Below are positions 43,032 to 57,165 of a stretch of DNA of 64,000 nucleotides, in pieces. How positions within the stretch are numbered: position 1 is the stretch's first letter; each line of letters starts with the position of its first letter. The DNA comes from Octopus vulgaris (taxonomy: Eukaryota), in the NCBI GenBank assembly GCA_951406725.2, contig OX597835.1, positions 11,966,001 through 12,030,000 on the forward strand, written 5' to 3'. A model generated the notes under the pieces. The model saw only the letters and a program-made list of their open reading frames with translations. It had not been told where the DNA came from and searched no databases. The position numbers and the translations under genes are program-made.

Positions 43032-43583
43032 AAACCCGCCTATAAAATATGTGGGGGTTTGCCTATGATTGCAAAAACTAATATTTATCGTATCGATTAT
43101 CATTATAATTACGCGCTGTTGTTAATTATCTGTTTTTAAGATAAGCAACATTTTTCGATATCTTTTGATTATATCGATCCACATAAATGGCTGATAAGTA
43201 TTTTATCGAACTGATATGACAAAAATTATTGAACAGTATCGATCACTTTTAAGTTGTACAATCATTGAGAATCCCATAATGCATTCTTGTACAATATTTT
43301 ATTTGCTTTTAATGCGCGATCTAAAAACAACTCTATTTAATGGCGACAAATAATATTTTTATAAATGTAACTTAAAATACAACAAAATTTATTTGCTGTA
43401 GGCAAGGCTGCGTTCATGGGAAGTTCTCTTTGCAATCTCGTGATATGGACTCAGTCCCGTTACGAGTCACTTTGAACAAGCACATCTCTTTTACTATGAC
43501 TCTGAGCCGAGCAAAGCTCTACCAAATTTGGTAGGGATAATCTGTGTGGAATCCCGTGTCATATATGTAAGTATATCTTATAT

Positions 43584-43880
43584 GGTGGAGGCACATGGCC
43601 TAGTGGTTACATCAGCAGACTCGCGGTCGAGGGATCTCGGGTTCAAATCTCAGACCGAGCGATGTGAGCGTTTATGAGCCCCACGCGGTTTCGGCAGAAG
43701 GTAATGGCGAACTTCTGCTGACTCTTTCACCACAAATTTCTTTCACTCTTTCTTCCTGCATCTTGCAGCTCACCTGTGACAGACCGCCGTCCCTTCCAGA
43801 TAAGGAACCTATACGCCAATGAAACCGGGAACCCAGCCCCTAGGATCCAGGCATGACTCGGGAAGGAACAAACAACAACA
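43584..43880 (+). mobile_element. SINE related to family C with a different 3' half; 11-bp TSD
   Basis: tRNA-like head ggaggcacatggcctagtggtta...gggttcaaatc; (ACA)n tail; TSD atatcttatat at 43573-43583 and 43881-43891. Confidence 0.85.
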
Positions 43881-43884
43881 ATAT

Positions 43885-43919
<35 letters not shown>

Positions 43920-44142
43920 CTCAAGCGATCTTATTTGTTTATGTCCACGCGGATTCCTTTTACAGCCACTCGTTAACCCGCGGACTTAGTCCTCGATAGA
44001 AATTTCGGAGTGTAAGTTCAAACCATTTGAACGCTACAAAGAGTCTTGTATTATGAGCGTCTCTGGGTCTCATATGTTGACTAGATAGGACAGGCGGACA
44101 AACAGACAGATAGAGAGACAGACAGCTAGCTAGCTAGCTAGC

Positions 44143-44247
<105 letters not shown>

Positions 44248-44690
44248 CTCTCACACACACATGTGCCTGTGTATTTCTTCCCACACCGACTAGCAACCAA
44301 TGTTGGTTTGTTTTCGTCACTGTAACTTCATGATTGGTAAAAAGAGACAGATATACTAATTTTCATTTAACAATTCTATTAAAAAAAGCAATGAGGCCGC
44401 TTTTTTCTACTAACCCTCCTGTGTAACAATTAAAAATAACTGTTAGAAAATATAACTGGAATAGAAACCATATTGTTGTGAATGCACAATGTCGGAGCAC
44501 GCAATTAAAACCTATTAGCTGTTGCAGTGTTTTACTGTAGATGCAGCACAGCACTCTTTCACGCCGTGTGCTTTTTTTATGTATTCCTTGTACTTAGGCT
44601 GGTTATTCGGTTTCCATGGCATCGAAACCCCGACGCTCCTCAGAATAAGATGCTGATCCAAGGACAGTTATTTTGAAGGAAACAGGGACA

Positions 44691-44862
44691 AGTCAAAGAT
44701 GATTACATCGACCCCAGCCAGCCCTTGACTGATACTTTGCTTTACCCACTCCGTAAAGGCAAAGTTGATTTCGGCGGGACTTGAATTCGGAACATAAAGA
44801 GCCGGAAAAAACGTCAGTAAGCATTTTGTCCGTCGCACTAAAGATTCTACCAGCTCGCTGCC
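44691..44862 (-). mobile_element. SINE family B, diverged
   Basis: gattacatcgacccc...aaaggcaaagttga...ttctaccagctcgctgcc. Confidence 0.7.
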
Positions 44863-46539
44863 ATATGCTCACTTAATCTCACAAATTATGAATTGTTACC
44901 ATAGCTCTACGCTAAAAAGGAACAGTTCCTATGCGGCTACGATATCTATTTGCAACTAGTTTAGCATACTGTTAGCTGAAAGAACCGCGTGGGTTTATTG
45001 TTAAAAGCTATTCCAATACAGAATCAATCGAGACTGCTTCCTACAGTGATAACATGTGCTGTTATCTATTCTGAGCTCGTCCAGCTGGATCGTTGATGGT
45101 ACTGGTATGTGTTTGCTAGAGAGAGGTGAGCGAGAGCGAGAGAGGAGGGAGAGAGGGAGGATGGAGAGAGTGTGTGTTTGATTCCGGAGTACGTTGCTCG
45201 GCTTCACGATCGGGCAACCGGTACTGAATAACCTGAGCCACTTGCTAGCCTTATGATATCTGGAATCAAACAGATAATAGTGTGAACGCATAGGTATGGA
45301 AATTATATAGCCATGTCTTATCTCTCTTTCTGGGGGACATTGTATTTTTAGTTGCCTTTTTATTATGAAGCATATTAAAACTATCTCTTCATCTTATTAT
45401 GAATTTATTGTCATCGGTGAGTTTATCTCTATGTTCAAACATAATTATAGGTTGAGTATTAAAGATATATGTTCTGTAATATCCAATTTATATTTGCTTC
45501 TGTAGAACATTCAATGCATTCTTAATACTTTAATTACTTTTCGTTGTTTTTTCTTTTTTCCCCCCATTTCAAAAGTTTACATTACAGTCTTATTATTTAT
45601 TCATATACCATTCCATACGATAATTGATTTTCTATAAGCATTGAACGAAAACCATTTTATCTTGATTCTAGCAATCTAGTTTAATATTCAACAACTTTTC
45701 AAACAAACATCAAGAGAAATCAATGGTAAAAGCAAATGGCATATATTAATCGCTTAATATATTCCGTTCAAATTGATTCATCACTAAGACCCGGCTGCGA
45801 AAATATTTTTAAGGTTGGCGCCATTATGCTTGCATCTCCTATTTCGCCATTGTCTTCATTAAAATACATTTGCCTGCACGATATAACTATTATTTTAGTT
45901 TAGGTTCAATATTTATTTTGAATCAATAAATATTGCAGCTGCTGTTTAATTATTCCCAGATACTCATGCACATCTTAAAAACAAAAAGATAAATTCATTA
46001 AGCCATAATCATTGTAAATATTATCACGTCTTGAAATGAATGATAAACGATGTGACCTTCGGGAGATACAGGTTAAAGCAGGTGAATGTTGCGCAATTCA
46101 CACGTGTATTACGAACGACAAGAATAATTTAACATTAATCTTCAACTAGTTAGGTTGTTTATAAACATTGCATAACTTTGCTACAATTGTGAAGATTAAT
46201 ATATTAAAATACATTCATGCGGATAAATCTGAGTCGTTATCGAGGAGGACAAGTTTATCGTTAATGAAAACATTCTTGTATTTTTCTGAAAAACATAGTT
46301 TAAGAGGTTTTGCATTAAAGTACCTTTTGCATATAAACAATAGTACGTTGTATTCTCTATTTATATCTAACTAAACAAAATATCGTCTGTAAGTTGGATC
46401 CGACGCTGTAAGTTGGATCCGAACTGCATTCGTTCTTAACGTTCTGAGCTCAAATCCTGCCGAGACCCACCTTGCCTTATTTTTTCCTTTTCGACGAGAT
46501 AAAATGCCATTACATTATCTTTTCTATCTCTTTTCTCTC

Positions 46540-46621
<82 letters not shown>

Positions 46622-46670
46622 CGTGTGAGAGTGTGTGTGTGTGCGTGAGTGTGTGCATGTGTGTCTGTCT

Positions 46671-46811
46671 AGGCATAGGTGTGGCTGTGTGGTAAGAAGC
46701 TTGCTTCCCAACAACATGGACCCGGACTCAGTCCCACTGCGTGGCATCTTAGACACGTGTCTTCTACTATTGTAGAAAATTTCGGGCCTTGAGCCTAGAG
46801 TAGAAAAGAAT
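46671..46811 (+). mobile_element. SINE family A head followed by a family B-type tail
   Basis: aggcataggtgtggctgtgtggtaag...gtgtcttctactat then gggccttgagcctagagtagaaaagaat. Confidence 0.7.
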
Positions 46812-46868
46812 GTTTAAGACATTTATATGTATCAGACAATGCTTCATGGAAACTACACCTATAAGTGT

Positions 46869-46912
<44 letters not shown>

Positions 46913-47006
46913 TAAGCACTAAAGGGTTTGGCAACGAATTGCCTTACCACATACCGAATTTAGAAATAGCAGTCAAAGAGTTATAGCTATTTCTTCTACT
47001 ATATAT

Positions 47007-47037
<31 letters not shown>

Positions 47038-47058
47038 AATATATATATATATATGTAA

Positions 47059-47096
<38 letters not shown>

Positions 47097-48336
47097 GTAT
47101 GTATATGATATATAGAGAGAGAAGAGGGAAGTTTGATTATGCGTGTGTGCTTATGAGCGTGCGTGTGCATGTGTGTGTATTGAAGAAATCGGTTGCAATC
47201 AGACCTGGGGAGTAAGAGCACTCCACCAGGTTTAATACGACTCTAACAGAATCTAAGGTAACCATTATTTAGTGTATATAGTCAGTAAATAATAGATATA
47301 GCTAGAAGCAGTTTCTTCATTTTATGTCTCGTGAACAAGAACCGAATGGAATCGGTCACCTGAGTCGTGGCAGAATGTTATTTCGTTGGATTGCAAGAAA
47401 AATGTCTGCTATTAGCTGTTAGCGAGATGATGATAGCTGCTATTTATTTGAACTGCTCTAATATCAGTTTAGAAGTTTTGTTTGTTTTTAGCATTCATTA
47501 ATCTAGACATTTCTTTCAGAATATCATAATATTCCTTTGGCATGTCTGAGTAACTGTTCCGATCAAAATGTCGTTAGGAATTATTGAAATTACAAAAATA
47601 AAAGTCAAATGAGAGCTGCAGGAAATACATGGAACATTTGTTGCAAATAAAGTACTCGTGACCTTTTATTTCATGATAATATTTGTGTTTATGAGGTCTT
47701 GGATGTGTGTTTTTATGGGTGTGGCAGTGTTTATGATCACAACAATTTAACAAATTAAAATGCCTGTGTAATTAAACACATTCATACCATGTTGAAGTTC
47801 CTTGCTTTTTGTCGGTATCACATGTAACATCAACAAGGCCCAACTGCAACATTTTATGCTTTAATGTTCCAATCATCAATTAATAAAAACAGCGCTGAAC
47901 TAATTGCCTTCAGGATACTTTATATCGATCAGTAGTCTTCATAATTTTGGTCGGTTTTTAAAGAAAGCTTTCCATTTCTTTTTTACATCTTTGTAGCAAT
48001 TACATTGCAGAATTCAACAGACTAATTAACTATTATTCGTTCCCTAGATAATTCATGTAATACAAACATTTGTAAAGTTGTACTAAAAGACAGCTGGAGA
48101 AAAATATGTCGTCCATTATGAGTAACATTTAAAACTTCAATTCTCTTGTATCCTGTATTATAAAATGTACATAAAAATCAGATTTTAAAAATCCATTTGT
48201 TTATTATTCATTCTATATTTTTATTTGATGTTTAATGCGAATTTTTGTGTTGTCAGCCGTTTGTTTTTTATATATATTTTATTGCTTAAATATTATTTTG
48301 CTTTTGTTTAATCACATGACTCGAGATTCACTTGTT

Positions 48337-48750
48337 TACTCTTTTACTCTTTTACTTGTTTCAGTCATTTTGACTGCGGCCATGCTGGAGCACCGCCTTT
48401 AGTCGAGCAAATCGACCCCCGGGACTTATTCTTTGTAAGCCCAGTACTTATTCTATCGGTCTCTTTTGCCGAACCGCTAAGTGACGGGGACGTAAACGCA
48501 CCAGCATCGGTTGTCAAGCAATGCTAAGGGGACAAACACAGACACACAAACATATACACACACACTTGTAAATATATACAAATATACGACAGGCTTCTTT
48601 CAGTTTCCGTCTACCAAATCCACTCACAAGGCATTGGTCGGCCCGGGGCTATAGCAGAAGACACTTGCCCAAGATGCTACGCAGTGGGACTGAACCCGGA
48701 ACCATGTGGTTGGTTAGCAAGCTACTTACCACACAGCCACTCCTGCGCCT
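48337..48750 (-). mobile_element. SINE family A, full-length
   Basis: Complete head (aggcgcaggagtggctg) and tail. Confidence 0.93.
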
Positions 48751-48882
48751 ATGTTGTGTTACGTTGTATAAACACGAAACGAACGGTTGCAATATATAAT
48801 TTGATTTTCAAGAATCGCTTTAAATATAAATAAATTTTAAAAATATGTCTAAACTATATTAATTTAATACGATCAGGATACC

Positions 48883-49113
48883 TATTTCTTTACTACCCAC
48901 AAGGGGCTAAACACAGATGGGACAAACAAGGACAAACAAAGGGATTGAGTCGATTATATCGACCCCAGTGCGTAACTGGTACTTATTTAATCGTCCCCGA
49001 AAGGATGAAAGGCAAAGTCGACCTCGGCGGAATTTGAACTCAGAACGTAGCGGCAGACGAAATACTGCTGAGCATTTCGTCCGACGTGCTAACGTTTCTG
49101 CCAGCTCGCCGCC
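48883..49113 (-). mobile_element. SINE family B, full-length, 19-bp TSD
   Basis: TSD ttaatacgatcaggatacc at 48864-48882 and 49114-49132. Confidence 0.94.
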
Positions 49114-49710
49114 TTAATACGATCAGGATACCGTATTTGTAGGAGAAAACAAATTGTTATCTTCTTATTCCATTTCCTAAGGAGGTTTCCATTTGTCTTG
49201 GGTTCTTCCTTTCTGTCAGGAAATCAGGGATATGACATTTATGTAATGGCGTGACTTAAAATTGACCGCAAGATAAAATTTAAATGTTGTCGGACCAACT
49301 TCTTTTGAAAAGAGTTGCGCTTGGAACGGTTTATCGGTAGGCTCTTTCCGATTTCTTTGTGCGTAGGAATGTTAATATAAACGAACTTTACAGTAATTCT
49401 CAATGAAGCTAATATAATTTTTAGAAACACTAGTGTCAAAGGCTTTCTATATGATATATTTTGTGGAGCGATATTTCGTGTGAATTCTATAAGCCATTGG
49501 GAAAATTAATTCTCATTTTCTAAGAATTAGAATTTAATATGCATATAAAAGGTAGAATCTCAAAATGTGTAAATCTACTTCTTTTCCAAATTCTTGTATA
49601 ATATTTTATGATACGATAAATCCTCAGTCGTATGGAAAAGTGGTATGCGAAACACGAGATAACGAATAAATTGTAATAATATTAATATTAATATTAATAA
49701 AAATAATAAT

Positions 49711-49905
49711 AATCCTTTCTACTGGAGGCACAAGGCCTCAAATTTGTGGGAAGGGGACTAGTTGATTGCATTGACCCCAGTGTTCAACTGGTACTTAATT
49801 TATCGACCCCGACATGATAGAAGGCAAAGCCGACCTCGGTGGAATTTGAACTCAGAACGTAGCGACGGGCGAAATACCGCTAAGCATTTCGACCGGTGTG
49901 CTAAC
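49711..49905 (-). mobile_element. SINE family B (alternative tail)
   Basis: ctttctactggaggcacaaggcc...gaccccagtg...ggaatttgaactcagaacg. Confidence 0.82.
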
Positions 49906-50899
49906 TCATTCTCTTTTTTAAAATTAAACTTGAAGAAATTGATATGATCCTTGCTAAAGAGGAAGGTGTCCGAATTCAGCCATTGTAGTCTCGTCCACCA
50001 CGCAACCTGTTTTCCAAAGCTACCGGACAAAGAAAAACTGCTTGCTTTTCATGGCCAGAAGATGCGGCAGAACAATCACAACAACGGACCCAGCTGATAG
50101 CCAGCTCTGTTCTACTCGCAACAGCATCTGTCCGACATAACTCTTCAAATCGCCAATGCTCGAGCACTGCACGAGTGCATGAAGAACGGTTTCGATGCCT
50201 GGTGGATATTTCATATTTAATCTTTCCTTCGATGGAGGAAAGATTAAATATGAAATCATCGTCAAGTAGGAATTAAGAAATCGCAAAAAAAATAAAGAAA
50301 ATCATTTTTTAATGTAAGTCTTTTGAGTAAAGCGAACGATTTTTCTTAAAATTGTAACCAACACGTGGAGCTGCGATGTCAAAGCTACGCGTTGCCGCAG
50401 CGAAACGTGTGCACGAAAGTGCAAACAATACGAGAAACTGCCAGATCCGTTGTAAATGGAGCTGTGAACAAAACTATCAGTACTAGAATTAATGAGAAAT
50501 GCATTACCATTACTACACATATGCACTTTGTTGCTTCCCGTTTATACATCAACAAATATGTTTATGCAATTCACGCAGGAACACGTGAACACAAGAAACA
50601 TCGAACGCGCGGCATTTAAATGACTATAACAAAGGATGCAACGAGTTTGTTTTTAAACAATCGAAAATGTGCATTTGTGCACGTTGATAAAGCTACCAAG
50701 AAGAGAGTAATAGTGGTTAATTTCGTTCTGTAAAGAAATAGAAAGAGAATGATTACCAGAATTAAAAAGCGTTAATAGAAGGAAGCTGCTAGATATTACT
50801 AGGAAAATAGATTCTGTTGTCAGTAAGATAGACCCTAAAAATATAGGTGACATTAACTTATTGATTTATGCAAGAGGGGTAGTAGTTAGCATACTTGGT

Positions 50900-51960
50900 A
50901 TTCTTTAAGAAAAGAATAGAATGGAGCAGATGTAGAAATGGAGATTGGAAAACAAAGTGAAGGCTTTAAGAGATCTGAGTAGAATAGAAACCTGGAAACA
51001 GGACAAGTTAGGAAACACAAGATTTAAATTTTCTCTTGAGAAAATACACTTAATCAAAGAAAAAGGATTTGGGATAGTTACGGTAGAGCTGAAACAGTAT
51101 TATAGCAGTAGCAGATAAGCTTTCCAGATATCAGAAATGAATAGATCAGTATCTACAGAATAGATTATTTGATACAGGCCAGAGGAAAATTTATCGCCGA
51201 TGAAATAGTTTAGAAGAAAGCCTAATGCAGAAGCTAAAAGGTTCTGGAATGATATTGGAGATAAGTCAGTTGACCATAATGAAGACTGAGCATGGTTAAT
51301 AAAAGAGAGGGAAGAAGGAAGTTGTGAGAAGCATGCCTGTCTACAACTAACTAGTGTATTAATGGGAAATGTATTAAGAACTCTGAACTGGAAGGGACCA
51401 AGATCTGATTTATTTCAAGGGTACTGGCTGGTTAAAGAAATACAGAGGCTTACCAAACTGAAAGACTAGATGCAGTTGTAAATACTTGGGCCGTATTGTT
51501 ACTTAGATATTCAGCTGATTTTGTAGTTTGGACAAAACCTGATTTAGCAAATCTAGACAGAAGAACTAGGAAGGAATTCAAAATGAATGGGGGACTTCAT
51601 CCAAGAGCAGGCTTAGCAAGACTATATTGATATCGAAAGGAAGGTGAGAGACGTTTAATGTCAGTAGAAGTCTGCGTGGGGTTAGCTTCAGAAGATATAG
51701 ACTCCTATGAAGATAATTGTGAGGAAAAATCATTAAGAGCTGATACAATAAGAAAAGGAAATAAGGAAACCAAAATGCCAAATGTAATTAAAAACAAGAT
51801 GAAAGAAGAAAGATTATTTGACTGGCAATAGAAGGCTTTGTAAGACAAATTCCCAAAGATAATTGCAGAAAATAGTAATAGTGAAACATGGTTGTGGTTG
51901 CAGAAAGGAAGGCTGGCAAAAGAGCACATGATCAAGCATTGAGGACTAATTGGATAAAAT
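50900..51960 (+). mobile_element. Decayed R4/Dong-type LINE with internal deletion of the RT core
   Basis: Pieces IDQYLQNRLFD, AEAKRFWND, NWKGPRSDLFQGYWL, then ANLDRRTRK..LHPRAGLARLY..RKEGERRLMSVE, ETWLWLQKG. Confidence 0.8.
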
Positions 51961-51977
51961 TTCTCAACAGCCCTGAA

Positions 51978-52325
51978 CAAGGGTGGTCTTCAGGTGACAA
52001 GGGACTATTCGTAAAGTGTGAAAACTACTCGTAAACTTGTATTTTGCTTATGGCAATCTCCTTGTAACTTGTTTAGCAGCTGCTTCGGCCGCCGTTTCCC
52101 CCAGCAGAAAACAGAATTTGACGGAAGGACGCTGTTCCTTCGCAAAACTCGACGAACAAGGGAGAAGCACTGCAAAGCGAAGACACACCACGTGACAGTA
52201 CGGTATCACTTCACGCCGCCGGTTCACAAACTGATGCCTGAGGATCGAGTCAAGATGCTTCTAGCGGTGGAAGCTTGAACTAAAACAGAGAACGTTTCCA
52301 GTTACTTTTGGGTATCCTCCTCATA
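51978..52325. mobile_element. Possible mariner-type MITE remnant
   Basis: Right end gtttccagttacttttgggtatcctcctcaTA resembles a mariner TIR; left end poorly preserved. Confidence 0.4.
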
Positions 52326-52333
52326 TATAAGAG

Positions 52334-52376
<43 letters not shown>

Positions 52377-53131
52377 TACACAAATACACATGCATATATA
52401 TGTGTGCGGTGGTGGGTGGGTATGGATGTGTGTGTGTGAGTGTAATTTAGGACAATCAGTAAGTTGTCACTATGGTACTCGGAGTTTTGAATGTCGGAGC
52501 GAAGAGCTACGATGCATTCTCGTCGGGTATTAATGGCAATAGACGCTAAGAAAAAACGTTAAATAAAAGGGACGTATATGTGGGTATGTAAGTGTATGTG
52601 AATACATGTTAGAGCGTGTATACGTTCGTATATATGTATATATATATGTGTGTGTGTCTGTGTGTGTGTATGTATATATGTATATATACACACAACATGG
52701 TTTATCTGCCTGTTACGCTGAACAAGATCGATCAATGTATTTAAGCGTATGTGTGTATGTCTTTATATACGTGTGGCAGAGATGAATAGAAGAAGGAAAA
52801 AACTATTTGTGTTGGTTCTCCATTTATATTTGTATAAATATAGACTATATTTCTTGTACAGCTCTTTAAATCTAAATATGTAGACATTGTGTATCGAATG
52901 TCTCGTGAGACCGCCATGTTGTGATTAAATCAATGCAGAGATATCAATTTATTGGCTGTTCTCAATAATTATTAACCAAACTAAACAAATCAACCTCAAG
53001 TATCGAGAAAGTTTGTCAACAAAATGGTTGCGTGTTCTAAAAATATAAGTTACAGATATCATTAACACACGCACATACACAGACACCTATGTATACATGT
53101 GTGTGTATAACTATGTAATAATGCATGTATA

Positions 53132-53173
<42 letters not shown>

Positions 53174-53555
53174 TGTGTGTGTGTGTTTGTGTGTGGGTGT
53201 ATGTATATATGTATGTATGTATAGATGTCTTCATACATATGCACAGAAACAAACAAGCGCGAATATACACACCGCGAACACATATACACATAACTATGTG
53301 TAGCTGTGTGTGTGTATGTATGTGTACATATGTATGTATATAGGTATATGAATATATATTTGCGTATATGTGTGTATGCATGTGTATATATGTGATGGCT
53401 GCAGGTTTTCATGCTTATACACACAAATACTATTCACTGTAAGTTATCTACATAAGAAAATTTTAATTTGCGTTAAACGTAAAGAGGGAAAATAATTTAG
53501 ATTGGTATCTACTTTAATTAAATATATTTGTATCTATCTACTTCTCCTACATTCA

Positions 53556-53594
<39 letters not shown>

Positions 53595-53625
53595 TCTCGC
53601 TCTCCTCTCTGCTTATCTTCCCTTT

Positions 53626-53673
<48 letters not shown>

Positions 53674-53748
53674 GCGTGCGTGTGTTTATTTAATTATATA
53701 TGTATGTGTGTGTGTGTACACATACACTAATATTTATATATATATATG

Positions 53749-53780
<32 letters not shown>

Positions 53781-54018
53781 ATGTATTTTTACTTACACTT
53801 GTATATTTTGAGTATCGATTATATATATCCAATACTTATAACATGTGCATATCATATATATCATATATGTTTGTATGTGTGTGTATATATATATAGATTA
53901 CGTAGTAACTAAGATCTATCTGCGTACTAACCCATGCATGTCTAAAATATATACATACATACATATATATATTAAGCGTTTACACATGTATATGTGTGTA
54001 TATATATATGTATATATA

Positions 54019-54061
<43 letters not shown>

Positions 54062-54111
54062 AATATTCATATAGTATATATATATTTGCATGTATATATA
54101 TATATATGTTT

Positions 54112-54145
<34 letters not shown>

Positions 54146-55076
54146 CCTACATACACACACACACATATACATTCGCCCACTATGTGTGTATATATGCACA
54201 TATATATTGTCGCCCACTTAACTTTTCTATGCACGCAATCGTGTATATATGTAAGAGTGGGTAAGTGAGAAGGAGAGAAAGAGAGAGGGGTTGCTGGTGT
54301 GGTTGTGTATGTGTGGCTGCGAGTGACTTACAGACGAGAAACATTTTCCACTTATTATATACATCTTATGTACAACAAACTTTTCCAGTTGTAGAACGCA
54401 GACTGAAGTCGTTTTTAATCGTCTTCATCTCGAATGTTATGTGAATAAAATATACTCTCTTGCAGGAAAAAAAAAACGATGAAGATTTTGCTACCTTCTG
54501 GTGATCTTACGAAAAAAAATTATTATTATATTCAGACAGGTCTCTGTCTGCAGAAGATTTCGCTTCAAGAAATGAGAATTGATCAGACCCAACCTCATCC
54601 TGGCCGTTTCCCTGCCACTGTGGAGACAAGCTAAACTTACCATTAATACTCATTATAGTGAGAACAACACTACTACGGTATATCACCCATCAGAAGCAAG
54701 CATGCAAATGTTTTTAAGCTGAAATATTTATTTATGACTCTGAAGAAGTTATAAAGCATTGTATTGGCACTCATGTCTCCTGTAGCAGAAACGGCTGTGA
54801 GCTAATGAAAGTGATTACTTAACTTTTGTTCTTTTGTTCTTTTGTAATTCATACGTGTAAAAGCATGTTCAGGTGTGTATACATATTGTGTATAGATGGC
54901 GCTTGTGTATTTGCTTTTACTTTTCCGTATGAATTCTCTGTCAAAGCAATATTTTCCCATAAGGCTTGGCTTCAAACTCATTATTATAAAACTGCTGTTG
55001 TGCATTTCATACGTCCTGTACATCCTCTCTGTAAGACATTGTTTTATATCCAACCTCTCGTAGCAAATGCATGAAT

Positions 55077-55524
<448 letters not shown>

Positions 55525-56068
55525 CCCTGTTTGATCTCAATCATATCAAACGAATTAACGTCCGAGAACAGTGACAAATTCTTCGCAAAGTATTTTCTAC
55601 GGAATATAGAATGACAGATTCCTGTAGTTTTATCCGCGCCTCAATTTCAAGGTATCACTACCTTTAAAACAGTTCTTGAATATTAATGACTTCCATTTGC
55701 ATGGATCGAATTTTTTTTTTTTTTTTTTTTTTGCAATTCTCTGTCCAATTCTTGTTACTTTGTTTTAATATGTTCCTACTCCTTTTGCTTCAGCTTTGCT
55801 ATCAGATGGTAACGCAAAACCTAGAATCTTGCTTGCGTTGCTTTTGTTTTCTTTATCATAATCATCTTATGGCCAGAATAATTCTATTACATGTTTTGGT
55901 AAGGTAAGCTCTGAGAAGTTCTGCGTTATATTAAACTAATCATACTTAAGTACACCTACCCGGTGCCACAGCGTTTTTTAATTATTAATGCTTTCTCTTC
56001 TTAATTTAAAATATGTCAAGTATTTCCTCTCTTACATCAAAGAGAATTACCTGCAAGTTATTATTATT

Positions 56069-56250
56069 GGCAAATTTCTTAGCGGCATTTCGTTTATCTG
56101 TACATTCTGGGATCTAATCCTGCGGAGGTCGATTTTGCCTTTCATCCTTTTGTCGGTTAATAAAATAAGTGCCAATCAAGTACAGGGGTTGATGTAGTCA
56201 ACTAAGCACCCTCACCGAAAATTTCAGGCCGTGTGCCTGCATTATAAAGG
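56069..56250 (+). mobile_element. SINE family B, diverged
   Basis: cttagcggcatttcg...gaggtcgattttgcctttcatcc...aaatttcaggccgtgtgcc. Confidence 0.72.
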
Positions 56251-56268
56251 ACTCTTCCTCGTCTTCTT

Positions 56269-56337
<69 letters not shown>

Positions 56338-56352
56338 GTTGTTATTGTTATT

Positions 56353-56908
56353 GAGTGAGGGAGCAGTGCATGCCATCAAAGTGACACTGGCATAAAATAT
56401 ACGAAGCCCAGTTTACCCATCATGACTACCCGTCTGATAAGGGTACACCAGGCACATGCATCACAACCATATGTGCGCGACATGGTAATCTCATATCAAA
56501 ATAAACAGCGCATGACCTTGCAGGTGGGACCCAATGAGAATTTTTTTTCTGCTCGAGTAACCCATCCTGCTCAAAAGGTCCCTGAATGAGAGTTGTTTAA
56601 GGATGTTGAACGAACCACCCATGTTTCCAAATGTAAATTATCCAAACCTCTAAGAATTCCTTTCAACACACGGCTATGATGCTCCTCCACTACTTCTGCT
56701 CGTGATCAGAGATGCACATGTCATCAGCCACTAAGGGACATGCTCAACTGGTTAAGGTCAAACAACTGACAAGCAAATCTGTGGTATTGAGCAGAATATT
56801 TGCTGTAGCCCATCTTTTATAATAAGACAAATCAATGTACATGATAACACTTCCAATCAGTTAAGATCAGAAGCCATGAGAGCCACTACCTGGTACTGCA
56901 TCAGGGCT
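56353..56908. mobile_element. Unclassified ~555-bp element inserted between (ATT)n tracts
   Basis: Complex, higher-GC segment bounded by ATT runs on both sides; no recognisable ORF. Confidence 0.45.
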
Positions 56909-56917
56909 ATCATAATA

Positions 56918-56976
<59 letters not shown>

Positions 56977-56979
56977 AAT

Positions 56980-57081
56980 AATGTCTTTGCACAGCTTCTA
57001 TCGCTGGAGATGTACTACGGTGTCAGCCATTCACTATCAGTGAACTTAGGTAACACTCCTTATTTTTCGAGCAATTATTGG

Positions 57082-57132
<51 letters not shown>

Positions 57133-57165
57133 CTTTTCCACCGACTACAACTGCTTAACCTCTGG
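56980..57165 (-). mobile_element. Internally deleted R4-type 3' fragment homologous to 6231-6419, with expanded (TAC)n
   Basis: tatttttcgagc, aattattggtactactac and actacaactgcttaacctc are shared with the 6190-6527 element. Confidence 0.7.

Noticed and set aside
44603-44648. Minus-strand CUGAGGA-stem-GAAA motif
   Set aside because: 4-nt insertion before GAAA and no UH site; looks like a decayed SINE domain
46387-46422. 17-bp tandem duplicate ctgtaagttggatccga as a CRISPR-like repeat
   Set aside because: Two units with a 2-nt spacer in eukaryotic DNA; simple slippage duplication
52474-52530. Minus-strand CCGACGA-GAAUG...CAUUC-AAAA-CUCCGAG-UA; similar weak motifs near 12584, 24371 and 62235-62260
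   Set aside because: Two or more core defects or no stem I; cannot be separated from chance without a family consensus
56888-56901. Short resemblance to the U2 snRNA 3' stem (acctggtactgca)
   Set aside because: About 13 nt only; no other U2 features
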